From assembly GCA_001687465.1 (NCBI GenBank), contig LVLI01000343.1, positions 1 to 63,545 of the forward strand: a stretch of DNA of 63,545 bases, in the 5' to 3' direction. This DNA comes from Halocafeteria seosinensis (lineage: Eukaryota). Shown piece by piece: positions 11,825 to 24,361 of the stretch. The translations under genes were made by a program, and so were the position numbers. A model generated the notes under the pieces. The model had not been told where the DNA came from. It searched no databases and saw nothing but the letters and a program-made list of their open reading frames with translations. How positions within the stretch are numbered: the stretch's first letter is position 1; each line of letters opens with the position of its first letter.

Positions 11825-13726
11825 ATGTCAAATAATTCACCCTTTGGGATCAGAATGAATGGCAACCACTCGACTCGTGCCGGTGGTAAAGCTCAAACGA
11901 CGAAGAATGGCAGTTTAACGGAGGATGATATGCAAGAATCGCTGCTCTGCGCAGAGAGCTCTGGCGCTGCTGATGTAGAAACAGCACAAGCGAGCTCTTC
12001 CAATGGAAGGGCAACACAATACAGTCGAATATCGAGTATTCATAGTGATAATTCGCTATTTCAACCCGTGTATGGCTCCAACACCATCACAGAGAGTGCT
12101 CCAGGCGGACAGAACTCCGAGTACCACCAAGACATGTGGCAGAACCACACTGACGTCCAAGGGGGAAATGGTGATCTTGATGAATCAGATTTCGATGAAA
12201 CGAGTTCTGAGTACACAATTGGTGCTAGTGGAGCTCAAGCGTTGCTTCCACTGCCAGACGAGCGTAAGAGAAGTGAGAGCCTCGATAGCGCGGGGCACGT
12301 CAAGTCGTTAACCACTGCCTCTCTTCGTAGTGTGACCGTCAATATCATTAATACTGTTGTGGGAGGTGGAGTTCTGCTCCTTCCATATGCAATGTTTCTC
12401 GATGGTGACGTTATTGGACCTTTATTGATACTTTTCGTTGCTGCGTTAGCAGAACGATCGGTAAACATGCTGCTGTATTCAGCTGAGCAGACAAAGTCCT
12501 TAGTTTACTCGGAGATAGGTCAAAAGGTCGGTGGTAAATGGCTATGTTGGCTCGTGGATATTTCTATTTTATTACAAAATTATGGGTTATGGTAAGACAT
12601 CAAGATACGCGAGCGTGTCCCTGTCTTTGTGTCTACCTGCCTGTTTTGCGTGCTATTGCAGTGTCTCGTACGTGGTACTCATAGGGCAGCTATTGCCTCC
12701 GGTTCTCCACGACTGGTTCGGCTTGTCCCAGTCCACGGAGTCTCGGGACATTATCCTGGCGTTACTGTCAGTACTAATATTTTTTCCTCTGTGCTGCCTC
12801 CGCACGTTGGATAAGCTCCGGTATACTTCATTCGTCGCCTTAGCATGCGTTTTCACATTTGTGGCGATCGTTACAGCTTTCGGTATCCGCAGTCTTGTAG
12901 ATGAAGATTTCCGTCCGGAAACTCAGGATGGGACAGATCCTCTGGTCTTTGCTCGGGGTAGTTTCATTGATTATCTCAAATCTATGCCACTGATCTTCTT
13001 CTCATTCGTGGCCCACAACAATATCCTGTTATTATACAGTGAACTAAAGAGACGAAGTAAGCCGGAGCGCGAGAGTAAATTTCCTTCGAAGCGAAAGAAA
13101 CATTTAACAGCTGTGCGTGCCGCCCTAATAACCTGCGCTACGCTTTACATTCTTCAAGGACTATTTGGCTACATCATGTTCCGAGGAGAAGCCAGCGGCA
13201 ATGTTCTGATGCGCTTCAATGCCAAGAAGCACCCGTTCCAACATGAAGCATACAAGCGTGCGTTTCCAGCCTTTAAGCTAATATATGTGCTTGTGCTTAC
13301 GTTTTCGTTCCCTGTCATGGCGTTCGGTTTGCGACGATCAATACATACATTTTTCTGGAAAGGACAAGGAGAGCCATCTGTCCGACTTCGCGTTTTGCAA
13401 GCTGCTGGCCTTGTGACCTGTTCGGCAGCCCTAGGCATTGCTGCTGGATCAAAAGTAGATGTGGTATTCGGTCTTACAGGCAGTCTTGCAGCGTCAAGCG
13501 TGATGTTTGTACTGCCATCGCTATTCTTTATCTTACTACGGCACAGTGGCTCTCACCGAGATTTCCGCGGGTAAGTATTAGCGTTCGGAGTAACATGCAG
13601 TCTTACAGTTATTTTATTGAGTTTTTGTTTTGCTACAGTGATTTGGCTCTTGCATATTTCACTCTCGCAGTTGGGCTGATTGTTTGCGTGGGTAGCACGT
13701 ACGCTAGCGTCTACAAGCTAAAGTGA
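11825..13726 (+). CDS. Amino-acid transporter, Aa_trans/SLC38 (AVT6-like) family
   Basis: NIINTVVGGGVLLLPYA, LRYTSFVAL, FSFVAHNNI and GLTGSLAAS..FVLP; many TM helices; two introns near 12592 and 13572. Confidence 0.9.
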
Positions 13727-14119
13727 GCGCTTGTGCCGCACTAGTATATCACTGACAACAGTACTCTCAATGTTTACACAAGTGAACAAGCCACTACATT
13801 GCCCTACCGCTTCAGCCTATTAGTTAATTCGTTTTTGGTCATGGACACAAGGGCGTTAGAAATCACATTTGATAACGACCTATACGCGCGAATTCAACAA
13901 GTATAGTCAAGCACTGTTCCAACGTATATGTCAATGGGTGAAATCATTCGCGTCGCGCACTGAAAATGTATCATCACTGTTGACACAGTTCCCCGAACGA
14001 GTTCGTTGCTGTTTACTGTCGATTACTCGTCCCCACATTCATTGGTGGGCGCGGCTAAAGGATTATCCCGTGTTTCAACATCGTACTCAAATGGGATTAG
14101 CGTATCATTGTGTGCCTCT

Positions 14120-14216
14120 AGAACTACATCTAGTGTGTCCGACAGGAGTGGCTGCAAGCAGTATCGATGGGACCACAATTCATAGCTTTTTCCGTATTAA
14201 TTATGAATTTCGTTGA
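14120..14216 (+). pseudogene. Isolated PIF1-family helicase motif fragment (Helitron/PIF1 remnant)
   Basis: LVCPTGVAASSIDGTTIHSFF matches the PIF1 motif PTG.AA..I.G.TIHSF. No Walker A upstream, and a stop follows shortly. Confidence 0.7.
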
Positions 14217-14336
14217 AGTTGGTGTGTATTTCACTCTGGTAGGGATAAGTTATCTTGAATTTCCCCGGATTAAGGTCCTCCAGAAGGCAGTATTTTCACT
14301 CCCATGATTGAGTTCCCCTTCGCTGTTAGCTGTTAT

Positions 14337-14875
14337 TTACTTGAACTGGAGCAAGCGACCAACGGTATGCAGACATGAAAAAACATTCAATTCGTTGGCA
14401 ACATTGTACATACTTTCTGGAATCCTAAGTCCACCGCTCGTTCACGGAAGCATCTTCGGCAGATGTACATGTGATATTTGCGAATTATAGCTGCACCGAA
14501 CAATAGTGCATACCTACCCGGCCTTGTAGTACCAGCGAAGCTGTTTACTTACCACGACGAGTCGAGCAGATACGGCTGCGCAGCAACACACATTACACGT
14601 AGAGAAAAGATTAAATATTAGTCTTATCTAAACATTCATCAAAGGCTTGAGGTGCGCAAAGAACTGAATTGTATCCACCAAAGGAATCGCCACCAGATCC
14701 CATCCCAAACCCTTTTTGTGGTTTTCCATTGGGGGACAATGAAGGGAGGTCCCCACCGACTCGTCCCAGCACCACCTCAGACGTAGCACTCTACACGAGA
14801 CAACTTCGTATTCACTTACCAGCAGCGACTTCCTTTGCCGTATCCACGGGGGTGCGTATACATCAAAGTGGGCAT
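14337..14875 (-). CDS. RPS29: 40S ribosomal protein S29 (uS14), 54 aa
   Basis: Exons 14875-14820, 14575-14553, 14490-14414 and 14345-14337 splice to [54 protein letters not shown], with the CxxC...CxxC zinc finger. Confidence 0.95.
14667..14776 (-). ncRNA. Candidate intronic H/ACA snoRNA in RPS29 intron 1
   Basis: 244-nt intron. Hairpin GTGGT..GGGGAC/GTCCCC..ACCAC, an A-rich hinge (ACAAAA fits ANANNA), a second hairpin GGGATC/GATTCC, then ACA followed by ATT. Confidence 0.45.
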
Positions 14876-15482
14876 CTTTTATCGGAGGCTGTTATGTCAC
14901 TCGTAGAAAGCTGCATCAAACACAGGCAACACAAGCTTAAGTACTTAGTCAAAAATCCATTTAGAGCATGCACTTTCTTCCATCCCAGACAATAGAGTCT
15001 TATGTGCCTCAATAATCGGCGTATCGATGCCCTGGCACAACTTATATTCGTGTTAGGGGGGAAAAGCTCCAAAACGGGGCCGTGCACGGGTAGTCACACC
15101 GCCAATGCAGACCTCTGACTTACCTCTGTCTCACCAATTAGGATGCAGTCGGTCCAATTGTTTATCCCTACCGTATTGTTCTCTCTCAAATACACATCTT
15201 ACAACAAGTAATCCTTCCAGAGTAGTATTCCTTCGACGTGCTGTGCACGTCGCGGAACTACAAAAAGGGGGGGTGGGACTATCATAGGGGACGCAAAGGG
15301 GCGCCCACGGCCCATGGTGAGAGGAGCACTGAGAGATGGCAACAATCAATTGTGGCACCAATGTGCTAATAATTCAACTCAGCTTCTCAAGTTAGTTTTC
15401 GCGTTTGCGATGGATTCTTCAGACCGTCGCAAATTGGAACACATGCTATAGAATAGTTGGAGTGGAGGAGGACAGGTAGAAT

Positions 15483-16085
15483 ATGTCTACTATACCGCCA
15501 AGCCGCAGTGAGTGGCGCCAAGAAGTTGGGCCGAGGAAGCCCAAGGAAGGCTTCCCTTCAAAAGAGTACGTGGCTCCAATGTGTTACTCTCCACAGTCTC
15601 CGGTGGACATCATAGATGACCTTGAAATATCATGATTGTCTTTCGAACGCAGTTTTCGGTTTCGCCCCTATGCTCGCGGCCCACCAGGCTACGTGTTTGT
15701 CTTTGGGGTCATTGGCGTAACAGCATTTGGGTTATATAGATGGAGCAAACAGGCAAGGGAAAGAGAGTACGTTGCAATTCAATTCACTGTGCCCTGTGAA
15801 CAATAATTTGGATATGGTTAGTGGACTGGTTTTTTGTTTTTTGCCCACAGGTACTTCCGATTGGCGAAGTTGAACGAACGATATGAGCGCGCTTATGTGC
15901 TCCAGGCTATAGAAGAGAAGGACTGGCAGAAACGTCATAAAGCGATGATCGACCGTGAGCGTGAGTGGATGAGTGACAAACCCGATTGGGTCGTTAACAG
16001 GAGCGTTTACTATACACAGCGGCAGGATAGACCGCCCAACAACCCGTTGGACCCGCGCACTATGTCCAAACTTAACCCTTACTAA
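15483..16085 (+). CDS. NDUFA13: Complex I accessory subunit B16.6/GRIM-19
   Basis: Three exons give ...RGPPGYVFVFGVIGVTAFGLYRW...RAYVLQAIEE...MSDKPDWVVNRSVYYT, matching GRIM-19 (RG..G, TM helix, LQAE, PDW.VGESV). Confidence 0.88.
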
Positions 16086-17161
16086 GTGCAGTACAGCGTT
16101 TGCAACCGAGTATGCATGGTGAAGGACAAAAGCCCATCGGTCAAAGAACTGGTAAATGTCAGCTTCGCTATATAAATTTTTAAGTGGTGCAGGATTAAAC
16201 ATAAAATCATAAATGTACCTGTACTATGACAGTATTTATCCAGTCCTCCATGTAGATAGAAATTAGGTATGGGCCCTCTTAAGTGCTGCTGATAAATGTT
16301 TGGCAATAGTACTCTGCGTATTTGAACGTGAGGGGCATCAAAACACTTCGGTATTGGAATTTAAGAACAATCATCTCTGGTACAATTCGTACAGTACTCA
16401 GTACTGTTCATTGTCTGCTCCGAAGATAATTGGGAACTCAATTTGGATTTATAGGATCTATTGACTGCAAAATAAAATGAGTGACATGATGATTCAGCAC
16501 GATGAAAGCGTTGTTAGAACTTCAACGCAACTTCAGTATCGGTGGAACAAACTCTGAAACTTTAGCGAACTTTGGAGAAACTGCTAAAGCATCTCTTACT
16601 CCGTCTCAATTTACGTATCACTTTTTCTGAGTGTAGACGCTTCACCCTACCGTGTAGATTTTGACAGCTTGCAATTTCGCCGAGTAAGCCCCATTGTGGA
16701 AGACCTCTGTCTACGAGGTATAAAATAACACATGCATCCTAGACTCCTCAAAAACTCCAAAACACGAAGCCATCTCCGGTAGAATTGTGGTGGTACGGTC
16801 TTTGACTACCCTTAAGCGTTCGGCAAGTTGGCCCCCAGCAAGATGAGGCAACGTAGCATTTAGTCTCAGAGAGGAGTGCGTAGTTTCAAGATTGGCTCGA
16901 CGACGTTAAAAGTTGGTCCCGTTTCCCAGATGTCGTTTGCCACACCTTCCCCACTCCGAGACTGATGGCGGTTGGTCCCAGAAAGGAATGACGGGCTTGT
17001 CAGTCTTGAAAGTTAGTTATGTTTTGTTCCGTCGGTGTTTCAAGCAATTTATAATTGCTTGCGATAGTGTGGGGACATTTTCTTTAGGGGAGGGGGCATT
17101 TCATACCTGGAGGATTAGACCCAACAATCGTCCCCACTCTCAGAGGCTGAACTTTGACCCT

Positions 17162-18853
17162 TCAGTCAAGAACAATATCAGGAGGGCGTGCGCATTTCGT
17201 GTTGCGGTCTGCTTCATCTCGACTACCTGCATTCTGACGCTTGGTGCCCGTCTGGAACATTTGAAGAAACTTTTTCTTCGCACCATGATTGTCTAACTGC
17301 AAAATAACTGGACTCTTTAAGGTACTGGAGGAATTGCTAAACAAACACGTATACGTACATGGGATGAGAAGAGTCGACGAATCCTATCCTGGTCTCGCTG
17401 GTTGGAATAGACGGTAGGAATAAGATTAACTGGTCGAACAGAAGATATGAACTCTTTCAGTTCCGCATAGGAGGAGTGTTCGCTATACGGGACGAGATGA
17501 ATGAATCCATCGATAATTTCGCTAGGTTCTGTGCTAGCACTAGAGATAGTGAACTTATTTGGCCGAAAATTGCCTTCCTCAATGTCTTCTAGCTTATGAG
17601 TGCCGTTTCCGATCCTTGGTGAGACTGGACCAAATCTCAATGTCTTCTGCTTGCTTGAGTTTACCCATCCAGTAGGAACAAAAGCTACTATACGATTAAA
17701 TCGGGGATACTCCAACTCCAGGAAACATCGTAACCTATCAAAATCCGGTTGGAAGAAGGGAAAAGTTTTCCCCGCTACTTGCATACTGCGAATGTGAGAT
17801 GAAGAAAAGCAACCGAGTCAGCGGATCCATAAGCTGTACGAGCCAGACGTACAAATGAGCATACGCACTTGACGACAAAGATCCTTGCCTCAGATTTATC
17901 CGTTGTAAACCAGGCATACTCATCTTCGCCTAGATTAAGCTGGTCTAGGATACGCATCTTTTTAGCCGAGAGCCAAATTTTGTTCCCAGTTAGATTATCG
18001 GTGCCTGTGCACAACGTCTTAGCAAGTTTCAGAAGTATCCTCTCCTTTCCAACCAGGTAAGTGCAAACAATGTACAAGTTTCTAGTCCCCTCAGTTTCAT
18101 ACTGTTTCACTGTTTCATCAATGTGCGCTATGGCGTCCTCTTGGGACACAAACGAATGTCGTGGTCTAGCGTAAGTTGAGTCCAAGTATAGTCGATCGAG
18201 ACGCTTCGAACATCTCTTCAGTGTCCATGAGCTGAGCATTCGTTTATGATAGCGCATATCCCCCGAATGCAAAGACGTCTCCTTGTCTGGCACTGTGGTC
18301 TCTAAATGAGTGAACTCGCTTTCACTCAAGCAACGGGCCTGTACTCTGCTGTGGGAGATATCCTCTTTGCTCGGTCCACACAATTCTTGTCCGTTCGAAA
18401 ATAGCAACTTTTGAGATTCTTCTGATTTTGGCACTTCAAAAAGCAACATGGTGGCTCCGGGACAGTGGTTGGCATCAGTAAGCGATACGAAGAAAGCATT
18501 TCGCAACCTCGGCAAGAGGATCAATACTGGTGTGTCCAACGGCAGCGATATGATCCTGTCCTCAGGAATTCCGAGTACTGCGCGGCATAACGATCCTGTG
18601 ATTTTGCTACAAACAATTTTACTCCCACCGAAGTCAAACGTTTCGTCTAGGCCTTGGTAGTGATCTGCGCAAGATGTACCCCCAGCACCAGTTCCATCAT
18701 GCTCACAAAGTCTGACGGCTGTGTATTTGCCGTACCTCCATGGAAATGAGTGAGAAAATATGCTTCTGTTCTAGAGGGAGAACCGTGAAGGAATCCGTCC
18801 ACCAGAATGGGAACATGTGGCACCTGATGAACGGCGATATCGCTTTGGTTCAT
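17162..18853 (-). CDS. SNM1/DCLRE1-family metallo-beta-lactamase/beta-CASP DNA crosslink-repair nuclease
   Basis: VDGF..YFLTHFHG|DHY (split by an intron), DANHCPGA, HSGDMRY, LYLDSTY, VPTGW, VPYSEHSSYAEL and IPTV. Last exon 17296-17162. Confidence 0.9.
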
Positions 18854-19574
18854 CGCTGTTGCTTCTCAAGACAGCCTGACGTCACTTGGAGTACCTTCAT
18901 GCAACAAAACAATCCATTTACAGCAATCTGATGGTGCGAGGAAATGCTCGCTACTGGTTCCTGCGAGATCAACTTACAATCCGAACACACAGTTGTCGTT
19001 TATGTGCTATCGGTGAAACAGCGGCTACTTGCAAGCACATCTTCACACGATTCCTTGCTGCGCAAGTGCGTGGAGCACCTCCGGAGGCTTAGTGAGAGTC
19101 TCAGACCTCTACATGCGCATGTTGCGAATGCAAGTCAGTACTGCCCCCCTACCACTAAGACTGTATCTTTGTGTGTTGACATACTTTCGAATCTTTCTCC
19201 CCTTCCGGAATTCGTGAGCAACTTCGCTCCATTCTGGCCAATACGTAGGCTCACGACGCAATCATTCATAACAAGCTCCATGCACAGAATAGTCTGTTAC
19301 AACCTGTCCTGCAACCAAAGTTGATGAAATGGTACGGGGAAATATCGGTTCTGGATTTTTCAGTCCTTAGGGCCTACTCAGTTTTCGGAGCGGACAACGC
19401 GGGAAAATGGTCGGACTTCAATGCAACACAGGAGTGAAATGAGTTTTGATGAATATAATACGATTCATTGTGGTTTGTGATAGTGTTTGTGGTTTTGATA
19501 TACTCTTTGCTTTTCAGGATACCTTATTCTATCCGTTTCTGTGCTCTTGGGTAACGACTACCCACTAAGACGCG

Positions 19575-21373
19575 ATGAAGCTCTTTCTGTTAGGAGCCCT
19601 TGTGGCTTCGGCGATCAATGCATGCCATGCTACAACGTATTCCTGGACAACTGTGAGCAAGAATGTAGGTACCTCAGCCACTGGTATCGCATTCATCAAC
19701 TCCAGCTTCGGATACGTGCCTGCTGGTAAGAAAACCTTCCCGACGTTGTCCCCAGGATCAACGTCGAAATTAGATTTCTCTTGTTTTCGAGGCGCAGATG
19801 CTAATGGAAACGGAGCTGAAGTCCTGATAAGCTCAGACGGAGGGAAAACCTGGGCCCCTACTTCGCGTAAGTGTCTCTCCAATGTGAGCCTGCAGTGTAT
19901 GTCTCGCATCATGGGTATTTGAAGCAGACCAAGGTGGTTTCTTGTTTCTGGATGTATCCGCCTACGGTGGAAACGCTGTTGTCAGTGGTGTTTTTGGGGA
20001 GGAATACTCCTCTAACTACGGAGCTGACTTCCGTAAGTGACCAATATGGTTGGAATAAGATACAGCCTACTGCACTTCTACTGCGATTCGCAGAGACATC
20101 CACACATGGAGGAACCGGTCAGTGTGTGAGGTATGATAAGTCAATATGGGAAGTAGAATCAGCTGTCGAGCGATATACGTTGTAAATACTTGTCCTACAG
20201 GAATATTAATAGGTTCGGTACCGGTGGACCAGATGGGTTTGGCGTGGCCGGTCAATTTGGAGAGGATGATGGAATTGCCGTTTCTTTTGACGATGGAAAG
20301 ACTTTCACGGACATGCCTATTGCGGAACTCAAGACGGATGCTCGCTATGCTTCATTTCCCACCAAGGATGACTTCTTCGTGTCTGCGGGGCAGTGGCCAG
20401 AGCCCGCACCTTCTCAGGACGATGATATCAACAACGACGACTTCAGTCTGCGGGGAAACAAGAACAAGCTTCCCGATGTTATTCACAAGACTAGACACTT
20501 CAGTCTTCGCCGTAAGGGCAACGGCTACGTTCCCCATGTGGAATTTGCTTCCGCCCCTGCAGGAAATGGAAGCTTCCAAGTACGTGTCTGGCTCGTTTGA
20601 CTGCTATCCCATTCATTGCTTGGAGAGCTTCGCTTACAGGCCCAAGTTGTTGTTTCTCATGATGGTGGTAAGTCGTTCGTATCGGTACTATACGACGACA
20701 GCAATTACTATGCCAATGGAATTGACTGCGAAAGCGCAACTAGTGAGTGGTACAACTGATCAAATGTTGTGGAGATCATGGGTTGACAGCTCGAGTGTTT
20801 CCTGTACCCAGGTTGCTGCATGGTGGGGGAAGCTGATCAAGGACCTGCCCCAGGAGCACGAATTCACTGCACTGTATGAAAATTGCCTTTGCGTGGAATC
20901 CTAAGCGCGTATCAGCACTATCACCAAGTATTGTGCCGACGCAGACTAACGGAGGCCATACGTGGACTCAAACTCTATTTCAATCAGGAGGTCAAAATTC
21001 GCTGATAGATATCGTATGTGATTTGTCATTTTATAGTAGGATATGGATAACTACAGTACTCTATTCTTACAGCGTTGGGTCGACAAGGATGAATACTGGG
21101 CTGTTGGTGGTGTCTTCAATGAAATAAGCGCGAATGCACAATTCTTGCATACCACGGATGGTGGCAATACATGGACTGCTGCACCAAGGTACGTATTCAA
21201 AACGACATACTCAATACCAAATTCCAGCATTTACTCATGCGCTTGTTTGTTTGATACACAGTATTGAAGGATATGCCACCTCTGTCGATTGCACCGGGCC
21301 ATCCAACTGCTGGGCTACTTTGACTCACGTAATTACCCAGTCCACTAGCATCGCTGCGTTGCAGGTCTCCTAG
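19575..21373 (+). CDS. Secreted beta-propeller protein with BNR/Asp-box repeats
   Basis: Signal peptide MKLFLLGALVASAINACHA. Repeats SSDGGKTW, SFDDGKTF, SHDGG, TNGGHTW and TTDGGNTW across many short exons. Confidence 0.8.
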
Positions 21374-21730
21374 GAATGTACCATGTTATCAAACCAAATG
21401 ACTGAGAACATTATTCGCTGATCTTCAATACTTTGTATCACAAGTTTACTCAGCCCAAACAACCTATCACGTCTTGGGTTACTTTTAGAAAGACTTCCAG
21501 TCTACACCTCTCTTCTTTGTTCTTGAGAACCTAAAGTTTTGCCTGGCTTGCCAAGTTGCAACTTGCAATGCCAACTTGAGGTTCACTTCACAAAGCCATA
21601 CTAACGCTATGTTACCAACACATTCCATTGAGTCCTATTCATTGTTACCCATGGGAGAGTATACTGCAGATAGAAAGGATACTAAAGAAAACCTATTTAC
21701 ACATCCTGATTACGTTTTTAGGCGTGAATC

Positions 21731-22650
21731 ATGGCGGATCGGCCCCCTCAAAAAGGAGAGACTTCCTCTAAAGGGGGACCTGGAACAGTGCCCAAGCGCT
21801 CCAAAGAGTCAAACAGTAGTGCATCACAGTCTGCAATGCCTGATAGAGGAGGGAAAGGTGGTGGTCGAGGAGGAGCAGGAGGAAGAGGAGACAAACGTCA
21901 AGCAAAGCCAACCACGGGGCAACCACAGCAAGCTGGAAGAGGTCAAGGAGGAGGGAATCGCGGCAGAGGTCGAGGCAGAGGAGCCCCCAGTGGAGACCAC
22001 AGGGCAAACCAGACGGAGATTGCAAGCTCACAGAGAGGCGCCGCTCCTTCGGAGTCAAGCGAGAAACCAGCATCCTTGTTCCCGAAGGCCCCGCTATCTT
22101 ACATTGGCACAGCAACTCTCGTAGACCAGTTGGATGGTGTGTATAGAATGCTTAAGAACGGTAGCGTGTATAATTCATGTCGAGTACGATGGGATACGCA
22201 GAGCGTGTATTAGTCATCCTGAGGGATGGACGGCATTTGGTGGGCACGATGATGAGTTATGACCAGTTTTGTAAGCATCGCAGCTTATCTACCCTTCTTG
22301 ATGTTTTCATTCTCATCTTGTGTATGATATGCAATTCCAGCCAACGTTTCACTGCAAGATACAGTAGAAAGGCACATTAGTGTCCGTGGTAATGTTTACT
22401 GCGATATACCATTAGGATTTTATATAGTTCGAGGGGAGAATATAGTAATGCTTGGAGACCTTGTAAGCTAAAACTGGGCAACCCATGTGATCAATGAAAC
22501 ATGTTGTATCTCCTTTCGCCTTTGCAGAACCCGGATGAGGAGAAGGAACAGCTAGCTACCCTGGAAGAAGCATCCGTAGAAACCGTAATTGAAATGGAGC
22601 AGGAGGAGGCTGGAGCAGATAAAATCGGGACATTAACGGAGGAGGCCTGA
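21731..22650 (+). CDS. LSM1: Sm-like protein LSm1 with long Gly/Arg-rich N-terminal extension
   Basis: TATLVDQLD|ERVLVILRDGRHLVGTMMSYDQF|ANVSLQDTVER...IPLGFYIVRGENIVMLGDL; three introns; stop at 22648-22650. Confidence 0.9.
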
Positions 22651-22705
22651 AAGTACCATCCGCTCTTGGCTTCTTTGACAAGCGAACTATCAGCGGCTAA
22701 TAATA

Positions 22706-24361
22706 TCAGCCAAGGCCTTTCCAATTGGGTAGGGTTGCTGTTCGTCGGGCTTTTCGATGGCGTCGTCTCTCTTGTTCCGTTAGTGGTCTAGGTGTTATGC
22801 AGACGGTACACACTCGGCTTCTGGCGCTTTGTCCTTCGTGCCACAATGTACATGCTTGGCATTGCCAGGGCTCAGGATAGTCTGCGTTCCTTTTCATCCC
22901 AGTCCCTCCATTCACGCCCTGCTGATGATTCTGTGAAACATTTGCGTCTAAATTACCGTTCGTCTCATTGCTATCCTTCGAATTGTTCTCTTGGATGTGA
23001 CAAGGGGCGTTTCCATCCTCGGTGGAGTCCACGTCGATAGTGACGACTGCTGATCCATCATCATGCAACGATTCTTTGCCACGTTCGTGAGAATTCATAG
23101 CAGTGTCCCGCTCCACTCTGTTTTCTAAATCTGATTTAGTCTCAGTTTGAACCCCTTGGGAGCAAAATTCCTTCTGGGTAGGAATGTCTCCATCATAACT
23201 ATCAGGTGCCTTCCATTGACCCATGCGCGTCTCAGTATTGAAATAGAAAAATTGCCCTAGTTTATCAGACCAAACCCGTCTCCAAATTGGCGGTTTGTGT
23301 GATTTCTTGGTTATCGTTTCATTCCCTGATTTGTGTTGACTTCTTGTAGTAGCTCGTTTCTTCCGTTCTTTTTGTGTCTGAAGAGCGTTAGGTAACTTCA
23401 TCCCTTGCTGCAGAAGCCTTTGACGAGCCTCTAGCGCCAGACGCAGAAATCCATCTTCTATCTCTTTTGGTTTTTTGTCCTTGCTTTTACGGGATGTGCT
23501 CTTTTTCCCTTTTTGAGAGGAGGCTCCACGCCTCTTCTCAGTCACTTCACTACTCTTCTGCCGTTGCTCCTTCTCCCTCTGTAAAACCTTTTTTGCAATT
23601 TCGGCTGACTTAGGTTTTTTACCAGAATCAATGTGGGCATTAAATAGTACAATGAATTCTCTATGTCGGCGAATACACTCCGCTTGACTTCCGAAATTCG
23701 GTAAACCACACTGCCGCACTTTCTCTCGTAGATCTTTTTCCTTCAGCATGTCATATACCGGCTCCTTCATGTATTTGGAAGCTCCAGGTTGAGATGACGC
23801 TTCTTGAGTCACATTAAATGCTCTCTGTGGGCGGTGGGCAGAACTGGCGTATTGCCTAAAGTAGTCTTTTGATCCGCCTTTGTTGACTATTGCCAGTAGA
23901 GCCTGCACGGGTAGGGGAAGCGCGAATGTACTTCAGGTGTACATTAAAGCGCTGGGGAGTTCGATGACACTCACCTGTCTAGTGCTAAGCCAGCTATTGA
24001 TCATATGGTTGACTGCGGGTGTGGCTACGATGTCGATTCCGGTTTCCTGGCCCCCACGGCACGACGGACACGTCTGGTCCTCGCTGTTGGCTCTATGACG
24101 CCTAATACATTCCGAGCAGAATAGATGTCCACATTGCCGAATAGTCACAGCTGCCTCCACAAATCGTCCACATATAGGGCATTGCATGGACTCTTCCATT
24201 TGCCGCAACCATAGGGCAAATGAAGGCCATTCCCAGGGTCCAGACGTCTCATCAACCATGGATTGCTCGAGATGATTCTGCTTGTTCTGCTCATTTGATA
24301 TGTGCGATGACGATGACGCCGTAGCAGGCACCTCTGAGGAAGACGACGATGAGGATGCCAT
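22706..24361 (-). CDS. RAD18: RAD18-like E3 ligase: RING + SAP + WW + RanBP2-type zinc finger
   Basis: C3HC4 RING CPIC..CGHLFCSECIRRH..CPSCR; RAD18-type SAP YDMLKEKDLREK..GL....RHREF..LFNA..DS; intron 23974-23903. Confidence 0.82.

Noticed and set aside
14855..14880. KRCPL-TGA-C as a Sec motif
   Set aside because: It is an alternative frame over the RPS29 start (ATG CCC ACT TTG ATG).
16200..17150. Possible small spliced gene and the CAAGCAATT-TAT-AATTGCTTG hairpin at 17041
   Set aside because: No coherent exon chain or recognisable product could be assembled, and the hairpin is isolated.
18886..19092. SWIM-like C..C...CKH in a + strand ORF
   Set aside because: Spacing does not fit CxC, the ORF is short and there is no transposase context.
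18990..19310. Possible second CxxU selenoprotein (GACYE-TGA-LRRE) on the - strand with splice-like signals
   Set aside because: No recognisable family and no SECIS-like stem found downstream. More likely 5' UTR or non-coding sequence upstream of the SNM1 gene.
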